Shown: positions 1-9,987 of the stretch, piece by piece
How the letters are laid out: the number at the start of each line of letters is the position of its first letter
Numbering within the stretch: the first letter of the stretch is position 1
DNA from: Meyerozyma guilliermondii
Lineage: Eukaryota
Assembly: GCA_051546255.1 (NCBI GenBank)
Contig: CP128815.1
Span: 2,046,001-2,095,439, forward strand
Reading direction: 5' to 3'
Length of the DNA stretch: 49,439 nucleotides
Position numbers and translations under genes: made by a program
Notes under the pieces: generated by a model
What the model was told of the DNA's origin: nothing
The model's database searches: none
Seen by the model: the letters and a program-made list of their open reading frames with translations, nothing else

Positions 1-389
1 GTAATTGGTACTAGCGGAACAGTATATCCTGCCAACAGCTACGTTGAACGAGTACGTTTACAGGGCGGAAAGGTTGCGATATTCAATACAGATATCGAAG
101 AGGATATTTTGCAGGGAAAACAGAAGGATACTTGGGGCTTTCATGGCGATGCAGCCGAGCTTCTTCCATTGGCATTGGAGCCATTAATAGGTCAACTATC
201 GGAACGATAGGTGAGAGAAAGAGACAGAGAGAGAGAAGTGGTATAGTCATAAGACTATGGTAGAGTATATGGATATTAGCATTCAATGGAGTAAGATGTG
301 AAAAATTGTAGAAAATCTGAAATATTGTAGAGTTAGTTTCTGTATGTTGTATGTGTGTATTCCAGTCTATGGATACTCTGTCTATGATC

Positions 390-911
390 CTATTCCAGCT
401 TTTCATCGTCTTGAAACGACTGGGCTTCACAATCTAACGACAAGAATGATTCGATCGACGAAAACGACGCTTGCAGTTCATAATCAGAACCCAGATCCGT
501 GCCCACAGATACGTTTCTCCTTTTTATATGGTGATATTCGGTATCTAAGGACGCTAAAGTAGGAATTGAAGAAGCCGACCGAGTGGATGGTCTATAATAT
601 GGGTTCCCAACGGTGGACTTTTTCAGTTTGGAAGTGTGTCTGCGATGCAACAAACGTGACAGCGAGGTTTCTATGGACTCCAACAACAATTTTGTTGGTT
701 GTAATGGTGGAGAACAAGAGTCAGAATATATTGAAGATGCAAGATCCGCAGCCCGCTGCGGGAAGATTGGGAAGGTTGGTTCTGACTCTAATAAAGGAGA
801 GCTCAAAGTTAATTGAGAATGAGAAGTTTTCAACGAGGGACATTGCTCACATTGATGGTAAGATTCCATATAACGAGGTTCGAAGTCGTCAAGAAATTGC
901 TCGATATTCAT
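390..911 (-). CDS. Hypothetical Ser-rich protein (173 aa)
   Basis: True ATG at 911, 173 open codons, low-complexity Ser/acidic composition like yeast disordered proteins (…GNPYYRPSTRS…). No family recognised; overlapping + strand ORFs look like shadows. Confidence 0.45.
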   Translation of the reverse strand: MNIEQFLDDFEPRYMESYHQCEQCPSLKTSHSQLTLSSPLLESEPTFPIFPQRAADLASSIYSDSCSPPLQPTKLLLESIETSLSRLLHRRHTSKLKKSTVGNPYYRPSTRSASSIPTLASLDTEYHHIKRRNVSVGTDLGSDYELQASFSSIESFLSLDCEAQSFQDDEKLE

Positions 912-2611
912 TAATTAAGGAACCAGAATTAAAATGCAAGGCCGAAAAGACAACGAATGAAACAGGATAATTGTCCCTATAAATATGACGCCTTGACACA
1001 AAAACCACCACAGTCCCCGCTAACTCCTTACCAAAGGTGCATATACTTTTACGATGCCAAATGCACATTCAAATTCTTAGTCGGGTGGAAAATAGGGCGC
1101 ATCCGTACACCAGCCCATCAGATCAGTCCCGAATCGGAATAATTGCTGCAGCACGTCGAGGTGGGATCGGGTATATTATCCCCCTTTCATAACCAGCCTC
1201 GGCGATGAGAAATTGAAGTTTGTAGGTTCCAAAGGGTTCAACGTGCCTACTAAGTTAGTCTAGACTAATCTAAACCTAGACAATGGTTGCTAGGTGGTGT
1301 GTAACAAACATGTTCTATTATCATAATAGTAGCATTGTCCCCTATTGTCCTCCTGTCGCCGTCCTGCAGGCAGGTTTGACAATGTGCGTCTACCCAGACC
1401 AAATTCTGGAAGCTAGTTCAGGCATGAGTTAACGGCGCCTTTGGTTATGAACCATCGGGCGTCTTGTGATGAGATGAACCTTGGCCGAAAAACTCCAACT
1501 TGAGAATGATTCTTCAGTCTATTGGTAATATTGCCTGAGGCTTTGATTGGGGTATCAATTGCGGCAGTTTGTCGTTTATAAGCGGCCCTTTGTCTCCCTC
1601 TTTGTCCTTTTTTTTTTCTGTGCGAATTTTTTATTCGCAGGTAAATTATTCCGCTTCTGATTACCTCGGTGTTGTAACGTGAGAATGACGAAAGCGGCAG
1701 GCGGAATAAGCATTTGGGGTTTTGGTTAGATTGATCGAAAAATAATCAAAAGTAGCAATCAAGGTTTAGCCAGTAATCTATTCTTTAATAATCGTCTACA
1801 CTTGTTTACAATGACCACAATAATTCACCATACTATCGGCATCTATCTCACTATCGGTATTGGTGCTCCGAACCCGGCTTGGCACTTGCTATAGATAGCT
1901 TTCGCGAAGTCCAGACCAGGTGGCTGATCGTTTCACAATTGCGATAGTGAGGGTGCCGATGCAGGATGTCGCCGCTCGAAGCAGGGTTCGTGGTGGGTGC
2001 AAATTTTAGCTACCGAGATATAAGGTTTGACAGTACGATTACGATAGACACGAATACGATAGATCGAGCTGAAGGGCAGAGGGAAAGGGAAAGAGAAAAA
2101 GTTATTGCTATAATGACTCGCTCCCCGCCCCATCTCGTCTCGCAATTCGTCTCGCTCTTGCCTCGTTTTTTTCTTGTTTTGTCTGATTTTTCGCCGTCTC
2201 GCTCGCGCCATATAGTGGCTCTGGCTGCGGAGCGCGTAAGGTGGAATTACCAGCGCAGCGGCAGGGAAGTGGTCTGGATGCAGGACCAAAAGATCGGCAC
2301 TTGAAGTCCGTGGCGATGGTGGTGGTGGTGGTTGGGTGCCACACTCTCGGAACGCGGACAGAAAGTGTTGCTGTATGGTGCACGGGTGCACAAATTCAAC
2401 CGTCAACCTACAACTGTTCAATTGCCAGTTTTCCAACAAAAGTATACTTCTACAATTACTAGTGTCTTTTCAGACTCCCTTCTTCCTCCTCTCGTTTTTC
2501 ATTTCTGACTCGGGCTGGTGCACGGGTGATGCACACCCGTGGATCCCGGACACGACCCCGGAGGTTTTTTGAATTTATTCGAGCTCCGGTGACAAATATT
2601 CATAAATTATC

Positions 2612-4093
2612 ATGTTGAGAACTAGTGGTGTGCGCTCGTTCGTCCGCAGCTTCAAGGCTCCCCAGCTTGTCAGATTTGCATCCACCAAGGATTTCGATGT
2701 GGTGGTGATTGGTGGAGGTCCAGGAGGTTACGTTTCGGCAATCAAGAATGCTCAGCTTGGTTTGAATACTGCTTGTATTGAAAAGAGAGGTTCTTTGGGA
2801 GGAACTTGTTTGAACGTGGGATGTATTCCATCCAAGTCCTTGTTGAACAATTCGCATTTGTACCATCAAATTAAGCACGAGGCCAAGACCAGAGGTATCT
2901 CGATCAATGGAGAGGTTGGTGTAGATATGGCTAGTTTGCAAGCTGCTAAGGAAAAGGCTGTTAAAGGATTGACTGGAGGAGTAGAGATGTTGTTCAAGAA
3001 GAACAAGGTTGCTTATTTCAAAGGTGAGGGTTCATTTGTGGATGAACATACCGTCAATGTCAAACCCATTGATGGATCAGAAGAGGTCAAACTTAATGCC
3101 AAGAACATCATTATTGCCACCGGATCCGAGGTGACTCCATTCCCTGGTATTGAAATCGACGAGGAAAGAATTGTGTCATCTACTGGAGCATTGGAGTTGA
3201 AAGAGGTACCCAAGAGATTGGCAATTATTGGTGGTGGTATTATTGGATTGGAAATGGCATCGGTATGGCTGAGATTGGGCTCAGAGGTCACCATCATCGA
3301 GTTCCAGAACGCCATTGGTGCTGGTATGGACGGTGAAGTTGCCAAGCAAACCCAAAAATTATTGGCTAAGCAAGGCTTGAAATTCAAGCTTGGTACAAAG
3401 GTCACCAAGGGTGTTCGTGAAGGAGAAGTTGTTAAAGTTGAGGTTGAAGATGCAAAGTCGGGTAAGAAGGAGGAGTTGGAAGCGGATGTGTTGTTGGTGG
3501 CTATTGGTAGAAGACCACACACCACTGGCTTAAATTTGGAAGCCGTTGGTTTGGAGAAGGATAACAAGGGTAGATTGGTGATTGATTCCGAATTCAGAAC
3601 CAAGGTTCCTCACATTAGAGTCATTGGAGATGTGACTTTTGGTCCTATGTTAGCACACAAGGCCGAAGAAGAAGGTATTGCTGCTGCTGAATACATCAAA
3701 AATGGCCATGGACATGTCAATTATGCTAACATTCCTGCTGTTATGTACACCCACCCAGAAGTTGCATGGACTGGAGCCAATGAGGAGCAGTTGAAAGAAC
3801 AAGGTATCAAATACAAGGTGGGTAAGTTCCCATTTGTTGCCAATTCCAGAGCCAAGACCAACTTGGACACCGATGGATTTGTCAAGTTTCTTGCCGATGC
3901 CGAGACCCAAAGGGTTTTGGGAGTCCACATTATCGGACCTAACGCTGGTGAGATGATTGCCGAAGCAGGACTTGCTTTGGAATATGGTGCATCCACCGAG
4001 GATATTGCCAGAACTTGCCATGCTCACCCAACATTGTCGGAAGCATTCAAGGAGGCAGCATTGGCTACTTTTGACAAGCCCATCAACTTTTAG
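2612..4093 (+). CDS. LPD1: Dihydrolipoamide dehydrogenase (E3), mitochondrial
   Basis: Arg-rich presequence, GGGPGG FAD motif, [13 protein letters not shown] redox disulfide, GGGIIG NAD motif, C-terminal HAHPTLSE; strong codon bias. Confidence 0.98.
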   Translation: MLRTSGVRSFVRSFKAPQLVRFASTKDFDVVVIGGGPGGYVSAIKNAQLGLNTACIEKRGSLGGTCLNVGCIPSKSLLNNSHLYHQIKHEAKTRGISINGEVGVDMASLQAAKEKAVKGLTGGVEMLFKKNKVAYFKGEGSFVDEHTVNVKPIDGSEEVKLNAKNIIIATGSEVTPFPGIEIDEERIVSSTGALELKEVPKRLAIIGGGIIGLEMASVWLRLGSEVTIIEFQNAIGAGMDGEVAKQTQKLLAKQGLKFKLGTKVTKGVREGEVVKVEVEDAKSGKKEELEADVLLVAIGRRPHTTGLNLEAVGLEKDNKGRLVIDSEFRTKVPHIRVIGDVTFGPMLAHKAEEEGIAAAEYIKNGHGHVNYANIPAVMYTHPEVAWTGANEEQLKEQGIKYKVGKFPFVANSRAKTNLDTDGFVKFLADAETQRVLGVHIIGPNAGEMIAEAGLALEYGASTEDIARTCHAHPTLSEAFKEAALATFDKPINF

Positions 4094-4885
4094 TAGAATA
4101 CTACATTAAGTGAGTAGTCATTCATGTAAGATGTATAGAATGCAGTCTGGCTAAACGAGCAACACAAAAGAAACCGAAAAGGAAATCGAAGCAGAAACTC
4201 TAATGAGAGAGAAAGAATAGAAATTGTAGAATGGGAATTGAGTAGAATAAGTGGTTAAAGTAATGTATCACATACATTGTAATATATACCAATACACATT
4301 TAAGATCTGACTTTTTCGCGATTCATTTCATCACTCATCACTTTATCACGATTTCATCATTCATCGCGACTTCGTCGCTCTTCAGTACCGCATTATAATA
4401 TACACTGCGTGGATGATTCCAGGAATATAACCCAAACACGTCAAAAGGATATTAATAAACAACGAACTAGAACATCCTCTTTCCATAAACACACCCAAAG
4501 GTGGTAAGATGATAGCGAAGAATAATTTAAAGATATCGGTACAGGTCAATGCCATTTTTTTTAGTTTAAAATGTGCAACTCTGTTTGTTTTTATAGTCTC
4601 AATCTTGATTGCTCAGCCGCGCAAACGTCCTGTGTGCCTGACCAGATGCATCATTGATGAGCAACCCTGCGAAAAATCATACTTATGTAAGTTAGCGCCT
4701 GAACTCCGCGCACGATCGCAATGAACACCTGGAATCTAAGGCTTAGCATTCCCCCATGCTACCGTGGGCGCGCACGACGTCATCCAGAAAAGACAGCCAC
4801 ACACCAAAAAAATTCCGAATCTGTCTTATGATTCTGGTGTGCGGGTGCTATATCCGCGAAAATTTCCATCGATCAGTCACCACCC

Positions 4886-6373
4886 ATGTCTGAAATACAG
4901 CTCCAGATACTCCAGAGGGTCGATGCCACCGGCGGGGTTAAGTCCACGCTTGAGGACGACGTGCTCGCCAAGTATGACCCCAATACGCTCCATTCCAACC
5001 TTACTTCTTTGTGGGCGAAGGAAATGATATCGTTTGATAAAATCGAAACCGACAAGTGGATTTTGACAAAAGAGGCCGAGGAGTTTTTGACGGCTGGATC
5101 TCACGAATTTCGCGTTCTCAATGAGGTTATGAAGTCATTGGACGGATTGAAGATTGCTGACGTCAATTCTACCTTGGGTAATGCTGGTAAGTTGGGACAG
5201 GGAAAAGCATTCAAGAATGGCTGGATTGCCAAAGATGGTGATAAACTTGTTGCCAAGGTGGATTCTTTGCCTGAAGATGTCACTGTGACCCAGTTGAAGA
5301 CAATTCAGTCGAGTGGTTCGTTATCGGATAAGAAAGAACTTCAGGAATTGAAGAAGAGAAAGTTAATTTCGTTGACTAAGATTGTTGGATACAAGATAGA
5401 AAAGGGCAAGAATTTCGGATTGGAAATCAAGACTTTGGAAACCGACATTACTTCCGATATGATTGTCAATGGTAGCTGGAAGAATGCCGAATTCAAACCG
5501 TACAACTTCAATTCCGAAGGTGCATTCCCTCATTCTGGTGCTTTGCATCCTTTGAACAAGGTTCGTGAAGAATTCAGACAAATTTTTTTCTCTTTGGGAT
5601 TCACTGAAATGCCCTCGAACCAATACGTAGAGTCTGGTTTCTGGAACTTTGACACCTTATTTGTTCCCCAACAACATCCTGCTCGTGATCTTCAAGACAC
5701 TTTCTACTTGAAAGACCCCAAAGTTGCCAAAGAACCTACCGACCGTGAGTACTGGGAAAATATTAAGCAGGTTCACCAGGACGGAAAATACGGTTCCATT
5801 GGATACAGATACCCATGGAAAGCCGAAGAGTCGTTGCGTATGGTTTTGAGAACTCATACCACCGCCATCTCTTCTGCCATGTTGCATCAGTTGGCGAAAG
5901 ATCCAAAGCCCACCAGATTGTTCTCGATAGACAGAGTGTTCCGTAATGAAGCTGTGGATGCTACCCATTTGGCTGAGTTCCATCAAGTGGAGGGAGTTAT
6001 AGCTGGGTACGATATCACGTTGGGAGACTTGATTGGATTCATGGATGACTTTTTCGGCAAGATGGGTGTTAACCAATTGAGATTCAAGGCCGCCTACAAT
6101 CCATACACAGAACCTTCATTGGAAATTTTCGCCTATCATAAAGGATTGGGCAAGTGGGTTGAAATTGGAAACTCGGGTATGTTCAGACCAGAAATGCTCG
6201 AAGCCATGGGATTGCCCAAGAACATGCGGGTGCTAGGCTGGGGATTGTCATTAGAGAGACCAACCATGATCAAGTATGGCGTTTCCAATATTAGAGAATT
6301 GTTGGGACACAAGGTGTCGTTGGACTTTATAGAGACAAACCCGGCTGCTAGATTAGACGAGGCTTTGGTGTAA
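4886..6373 (+). CDS. FRS2: Cytoplasmic phenylalanyl-tRNA synthetase alpha subunit
   Basis: FWNFDTLFVPQQHPARDLQDTF, LRTHTT, FRNEAVDATHLAEFHQVEG, YNPYTEPS, GWGLSLER motifs. LPD1 and FRS2 are also near neighbours in S. cerevisiae. Confidence 0.98.
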   Translation: MSEIQLQILQRVDATGGVKSTLEDDVLAKYDPNTLHSNLTSLWAKEMISFDKIETDKWILTKEAEEFLTAGSHEFRVLNEVMKSLDGLKIADVNSTLGNAGKLGQGKAFKNGWIAKDGDKLVAKVDSLPEDVTVTQLKTIQSSGSLSDKKELQELKKRKLISLTKIVGYKIEKGKNFGLEIKTLETDITSDMIVNGSWKNAEFKPYNFNSEGAFPHSGALHPLNKVREEFRQIFFSLGFTEMPSNQYVESGFWNFDTLFVPQQHPARDLQDTFYLKDPKVAKEPTDREYWENIKQVHQDGKYGSIGYRYPWKAEESLRMVLRTHTTAISSAMLHQLAKDPKPTRLFSIDRVFRNEAVDATHLAEFHQVEGVIAGYDITLGDLIGFMDDFFGKMGVNQLRFKAAYNPYTEPSLEIFAYHKGLGKWVEIGNSGMFRPEMLEAMGLPKNMRVLGWGLSLERPTMIKYGVSNIRELLGHKVSLDFIETNPAARLDEALV

Positions 6374-6668
6374 TATAGCATAATGATGGTGGACAGAAGA
6401 TAGTAACTTAATAAAAGTGATTAGACTAGTTAAGCTAAAGGTTATATTTCTAGAGAGTATTACTCCTTGATGTAGATAGTGGTCAAGACAGTAGCACTGG
6501 CTGGTAGGTGGCGTAGGTACTAATAGATACAACTAAAGCTAAAGTATTAAATACTAGTAAGGTAGTAATGGTTACGATACTGTAAATGAAAACTGTAAGC
6601 TTTCAACATACCAGTTGATACTGGCTAGATACTGGGAAGACAGTGGTACTTGTCGAAAAGTTCTAATA

Positions 6669-6849
6669 GATAGTAACAGATACTAGTAGATACCAATAGA
6701 CACCAACAGATACTAATTGATACTAATTGATACTAATGAATTCCAAGAAAATCTAATTGATACTAATGAAGTAACTAGTAGACACTAATTGATCCCATTG
6801 ATAATAATGAATACTAATAGATACCAATAGTCACCAATAGACACTTTAA
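6669..6849. repeat. Degenerate ~10-bp intergenic minisatellite (consensus GATAC(T/C)AAT(A/T)), ~18 units
   Basis: Units read directly: gatactagta, gataccaata, gacaccaaca, gatactaatt, gatactaatt, gatactaatg … gataccaata, gtcaccaata. Confidence 0.75.
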
Positions 6850-7050
6850 AGTACTACTTGATACTCTATAACAGTGTCTGCTTAACACTCATTAGCTCTC
6901 GCAACTGCATAATTCCTCCACTCCGTTCTTTTCCCAGCCTGGTGCACCGGTGGCCCGATTCTCACCACTCTTCAATCTGAATCAGACGGTCGCAGTTCAT
7001 TTCTCTCATACCAAGTCGCTTTCGCTTTTTGTTTGGCACCATCCACAACT

Positions 7051-7977
7051 ATGGAACACATAGAACCCGCAAAAAATCGCAGTCCAGAGGACTCAGAACC
7101 CATTTTTCAAGCTCCACCTATAGAAGACAACGGCACGAAAAACGGCTCCCAAGAAACTACCTGTAAGTGGGTGGGATGTTCATGGCCTCTGCAGCCGTCC
7201 CAACCGGCGCTCGTGTCTCATATTGCCGAAAGACACTTGCGGTCTTACTCAATGGAGGAAACAAAGTCGATCGCATGCCATTGGGCAGGATGTGGAGATT
7301 ACGGCGTTCCCAAATTCACGAAACCAGGATTGACCAATCATCTTCGGATCCACACGGGAGAAAAACGGTATTTCTGTCCCATTCCCGAATGTGCCAAGTT
7401 TTTTGGTAAGCAGGACGTGTTGGCTAGACATATCAAAGCGGCTCATGAACTCCATGCTACCAAAGAAGGCTTGGTGCTTAATAGAGATCGGGTCAAACGA
7501 TTAAAAGTTGATCATAAGGAGGAAGGTGAAGACGACGACATTACTCCCATCGAACTAGACGACGAATTGAGGACTCCTTGGTGGTATTCCCTGCTATTTG
7601 TAGATACCTTGAGAGATAAAGAAAAACCGGTTCACTGGAACGATTTACTCGATTCTCCTATAAATGAAAAAAAGTATAGGGCAGCCGTCGAGAGGTACCG
7701 CCACCAAGTGGGCCCCGACCCCACCACGGAAGAGTCTGATTTTACCTCCAATATTGAACAGCTCCAAAAATCTCATGAAGTTCTCGAAAGACGCTTGAAT
7801 GTTGCAACTAAAGTGTCAACCATTCTCGGCCGAGAACTCGACCACTACAAAAAAGAAAAAAGAAAACTATGGATTGCCAACCAGATCCTCATCGACGCCA
7901 ACGTAAAACTTGGTCTCTCACCTCCGGTCAAACCAGACTCCACCGACGAGTTCATCTTGGAATCGAAATTATCTTAG
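7051..7977 (+). CDS. C2H2 zinc-finger protein (three fingers, tWCH2-type) with C-terminal coiled coil; possibly Iec1-like INO80 subunit
   Basis: CKWVGC…HIAERH, CHWAGC…HLRIHTGEK, CPIPECAKFF…HIKAAH. First ATG at 7051. The Iec1 resemblance is inference from architecture only. Confidence 0.85.
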   Translation: MEHIEPAKNRSPEDSEPIFQAPPIEDNGTKNGSQETTCKWVGCSWPLQPSQPALVSHIAERHLRSYSMEETKSIACHWAGCGDYGVPKFTKPGLTNHLRIHTGEKRYFCPIPECAKFFGKQDVLARHIKAAHELHATKEGLVLNRDRVKRLKVDHKEEGEDDDITPIELDDELRTPWWYSLLFVDTLRDKEKPVHWNDLLDSPINEKKYRAAVERYRHQVGPDPTTEESDFTSNIEQLQKSHEVLERRLNVATKVSTILGRELDHYKKEKRKLWIANQILIDANVKLGLSPPVKPDSTDEFILESKLS

Positions 7978-8044
7978 GGACTGCATACAAGACACACCTT
8001 CGCACTGCTCATCGGTTTTGCGCTGTTTAACAAAAATTACCACC

Positions 8045-8626
8045 ATGTCCCAGGAAAAAAGCTTAGACGATTTGTTCTTGGAGCTACGCCAAGCCACATC
8101 CGGCGAGACCACAGAGGAGAAGGATGAATTCAGAAAGATCCAGAATCAGCTTTCGAAGCTCCCCAAGCTCCAATCGGCTTTGGAGCAACAAGAAGAAGGT
8201 CCAACAAAGACTCGAGATATCACAAAGATAAATGATCCTATCGTCATTAAACACACCAAAAAAGAGGACGATTCAGCTGGCGCCAATTGGTTTGGTTTGT
8301 CCAGACCTGAACTAACTCCACAGATCAAGCGGGACTTGGCAATCATCCAGCAAAGAAGTGCATTAGACCCTAAACGTCACTATAAAAAGGAAAAATGGCA
8401 AATACCCAAGTATTTTGCTACTGGGACAATCATACAAGGAAACACAGAGTTTTATTCGTCACGAATGCTGAGACGTTCACGAGGACAAACGCTTGCGGAA
8501 GAAATCTTGAACGATGGAGATGCCAATAAGTTCTTTAAGAGAAAGTATGCTGAAATACAGCAGCAAAAAACCAGCGGAAGAAAAGCACATTATAAGGCGG
8601 TGAAGGAAAGAAGGAAACGGTATTGA
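8045..8626 (+). CDS. FCF2: rRNA-processing protein Fcf2
   Basis: WFGLSRPELTPQIKRDL…RSALDPKRHYKK…PKYFATGTII…EFYSSR is the Fcf2 signature; first ATG at 8045. Confidence 0.92.
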   Translation: MSQEKSLDDLFLELRQATSGETTEEKDEFRKIQNQLSKLPKLQSALEQQEEGPTKTRDITKINDPIVIKHTKKEDDSAGANWFGLSRPELTPQIKRDLAIIQQRSALDPKRHYKKEKWQIPKYFATGTIIQGNTEFYSSRMLRRSRGQTLAEEILNDGDANKFFKRKYAEIQQQKTSGRKAHYKAVKERRKRY

Positions 8627-8672
8627 GATATCCCGCTACATATTTAAGCATATTATTACATATCGTAAGTCA

Positions 8673-9686
8673 TCACTCTAAACCAGCCCGTTTAAATACG
8701 TCCAGACGCACTTGATCCCATAAGTATTTTTTTTCTTGTTTGGAGAGTTTTTTCTTACGGGTAGGGTCGGTTTTGGCCAATTTCTTAATCTCTTCACTTT
8801 TGAGCTTGTACTCGTGAGCAGTGGTAGCGGCGGCGGCAAGGTTGATGAGGTAGTTGCGAACCGCAGTTTCTTTGAATTTGGACTTGAGGAATGATTCGGT
8901 GGATTTTATAGGCAGAGACAGCAGCAGCGAATTGATTTGAAGAAGCCGAGATTGCTTGACGGATATTTCAGCCACCGACTTTTTGAAATTGTAGTCCAAG
9001 TTGTGTTCCTGGTAGATATTAGATGAAAATAGGGTATATATGAGTTCCTTGTCGGATATATGAGGTTGAAGCAACACAATATGACAAGTTTTGGCAAGGT
9101 CTCCAACGAGCAATGGCAACGTGGTGTTGGAATAGGTAAAGTTGGGAGTTGAGGAAACGATTGGAAGGTGGATTAGAAATAGTTTACACCGGGTAACATT
9201 CAAATTCCAGTCGATCAACGATTCAGGATGCTGATATTGAAGTTCGGAACCCAAGGAAATCTTGTAGAACTCCACCTCATCGTCAGCGCTTTCAGGGGCC
9301 ACCACTCCGTTCTGAAGCAGTTCTTGTCTCTTACGGAAACAGAATTCCTCATGCAAAGAAATATCGTTAATGAGCTGATCAACAGTGGTGGAAGCAGGTT
9401 CCGCATCCTCGGGAATTGTTGCTGTGGAACTCGAATATATCGAAGGAGCCGACCGTACCGATCTGTTCACAGAAAAGACACTCGATGCCTGAGATCGGTG
9501 CAGCGGAATTGGCGGTGGATTTTTATAAATTTGATATTGGGAGGGAGCAGACCTGATGGATCCGGCACTATTTGAAGTTACCACCAAGGGAGAAAGTTGC
9601 TGGTAAATGGCATTTCTAGCCGAGTCCTTGAAGTGGGAAGGTGTGGACGATTGCAGGGAAGGTCTCGAGAACGGAGCCCCATACAT
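8673..9686 (-). CDS. Hypothetical protein (337 aa): Ser/Pro-rich N-terminus, globular C-terminal half
   Basis: Long ATG-initiated ORF filling the gap between FCF2 and NUP159, with natural composition; family not recognised. Confidence 0.8.
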   Translation of the reverse strand: MYGAPFSRPSLQSSTPSHFKDSARNAIYQQLSPLVVTSNSAGSIRSAPSQYQIYKNPPPIPLHRSQASSVFSVNRSVRSAPSIYSSSTATIPEDAEPASTTVDQLINDISLHEEFCFRKRQELLQNGVVAPESADDEVEFYKISLGSELQYQHPESLIDWNLNVTRCKLFLIHLPIVSSTPNFTYSNTTLPLLVGDLAKTCHIVLLQPHISDKELIYTLFSSNIYQEHNLDYNFKKSVAEISVKQSRLLQINSLLLSLPIKSTESFLKSKFKETAVRNYLINLAAAATTAHEYKLKSEEIKKLAKTDPTRKKKLSKQEKKYLWDQVRLDVFKRAGLE

Positions 9687-9747
9687 GGTGGACTATATGG
9701 GAAAAAGGGAACCAACGATTTTTGAATTTGAGAATTTGTGACGAGTG

Positions 9748-9757
9748 GTCACGTGAC
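9748..9757. promoter_or_regulatory. Palindromic GTCACGTGAC (Cbf1/bHLH site) in the divergent promoter of the 337-aa ORF and NUP159
   Basis: Perfect 10-bp palindrome matching RTCACGTG in a 301-bp intergenic region. Confidence 0.65.
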
Positions 9758-9987
9758 AAAGTGGAGAGAGAACGGTTTAGGTAAAATGGCGGAAATTGAA
9801 GGTGGAAGTAAGTGGTGAGGGTAGTTTGAATGTGGATGTTGAATTGAGGAGGATTGGAAAGTTTGGGCTCTTTTCGTCTATTTGTTTGTAGTTTTACATG
9901 CACTTTCCCCTCCTGTCTCTCGACCTTAGGGTACTGCATGTGGCCCATCTCACCTTTTGGTTCTCTCGTTCTTCAAACTAGTGTAGC

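Noticed and set aside
1105..1113. GTACACCAG as a possible telomerase RNA template in the 1.7-kb intergenic region
   Set aside because: Only 9 nt; matches of this length to some permutation of the repeat are expected by chance and also occur inside the adhesin (e.g. ~39470). No other TER elements were identifiable.
1933..2572. Several 70-170-aa ORFs upstream of LPD1
   Set aside because: Mutually overlapping, built on simple-sequence tracts, no protein-like motifs.
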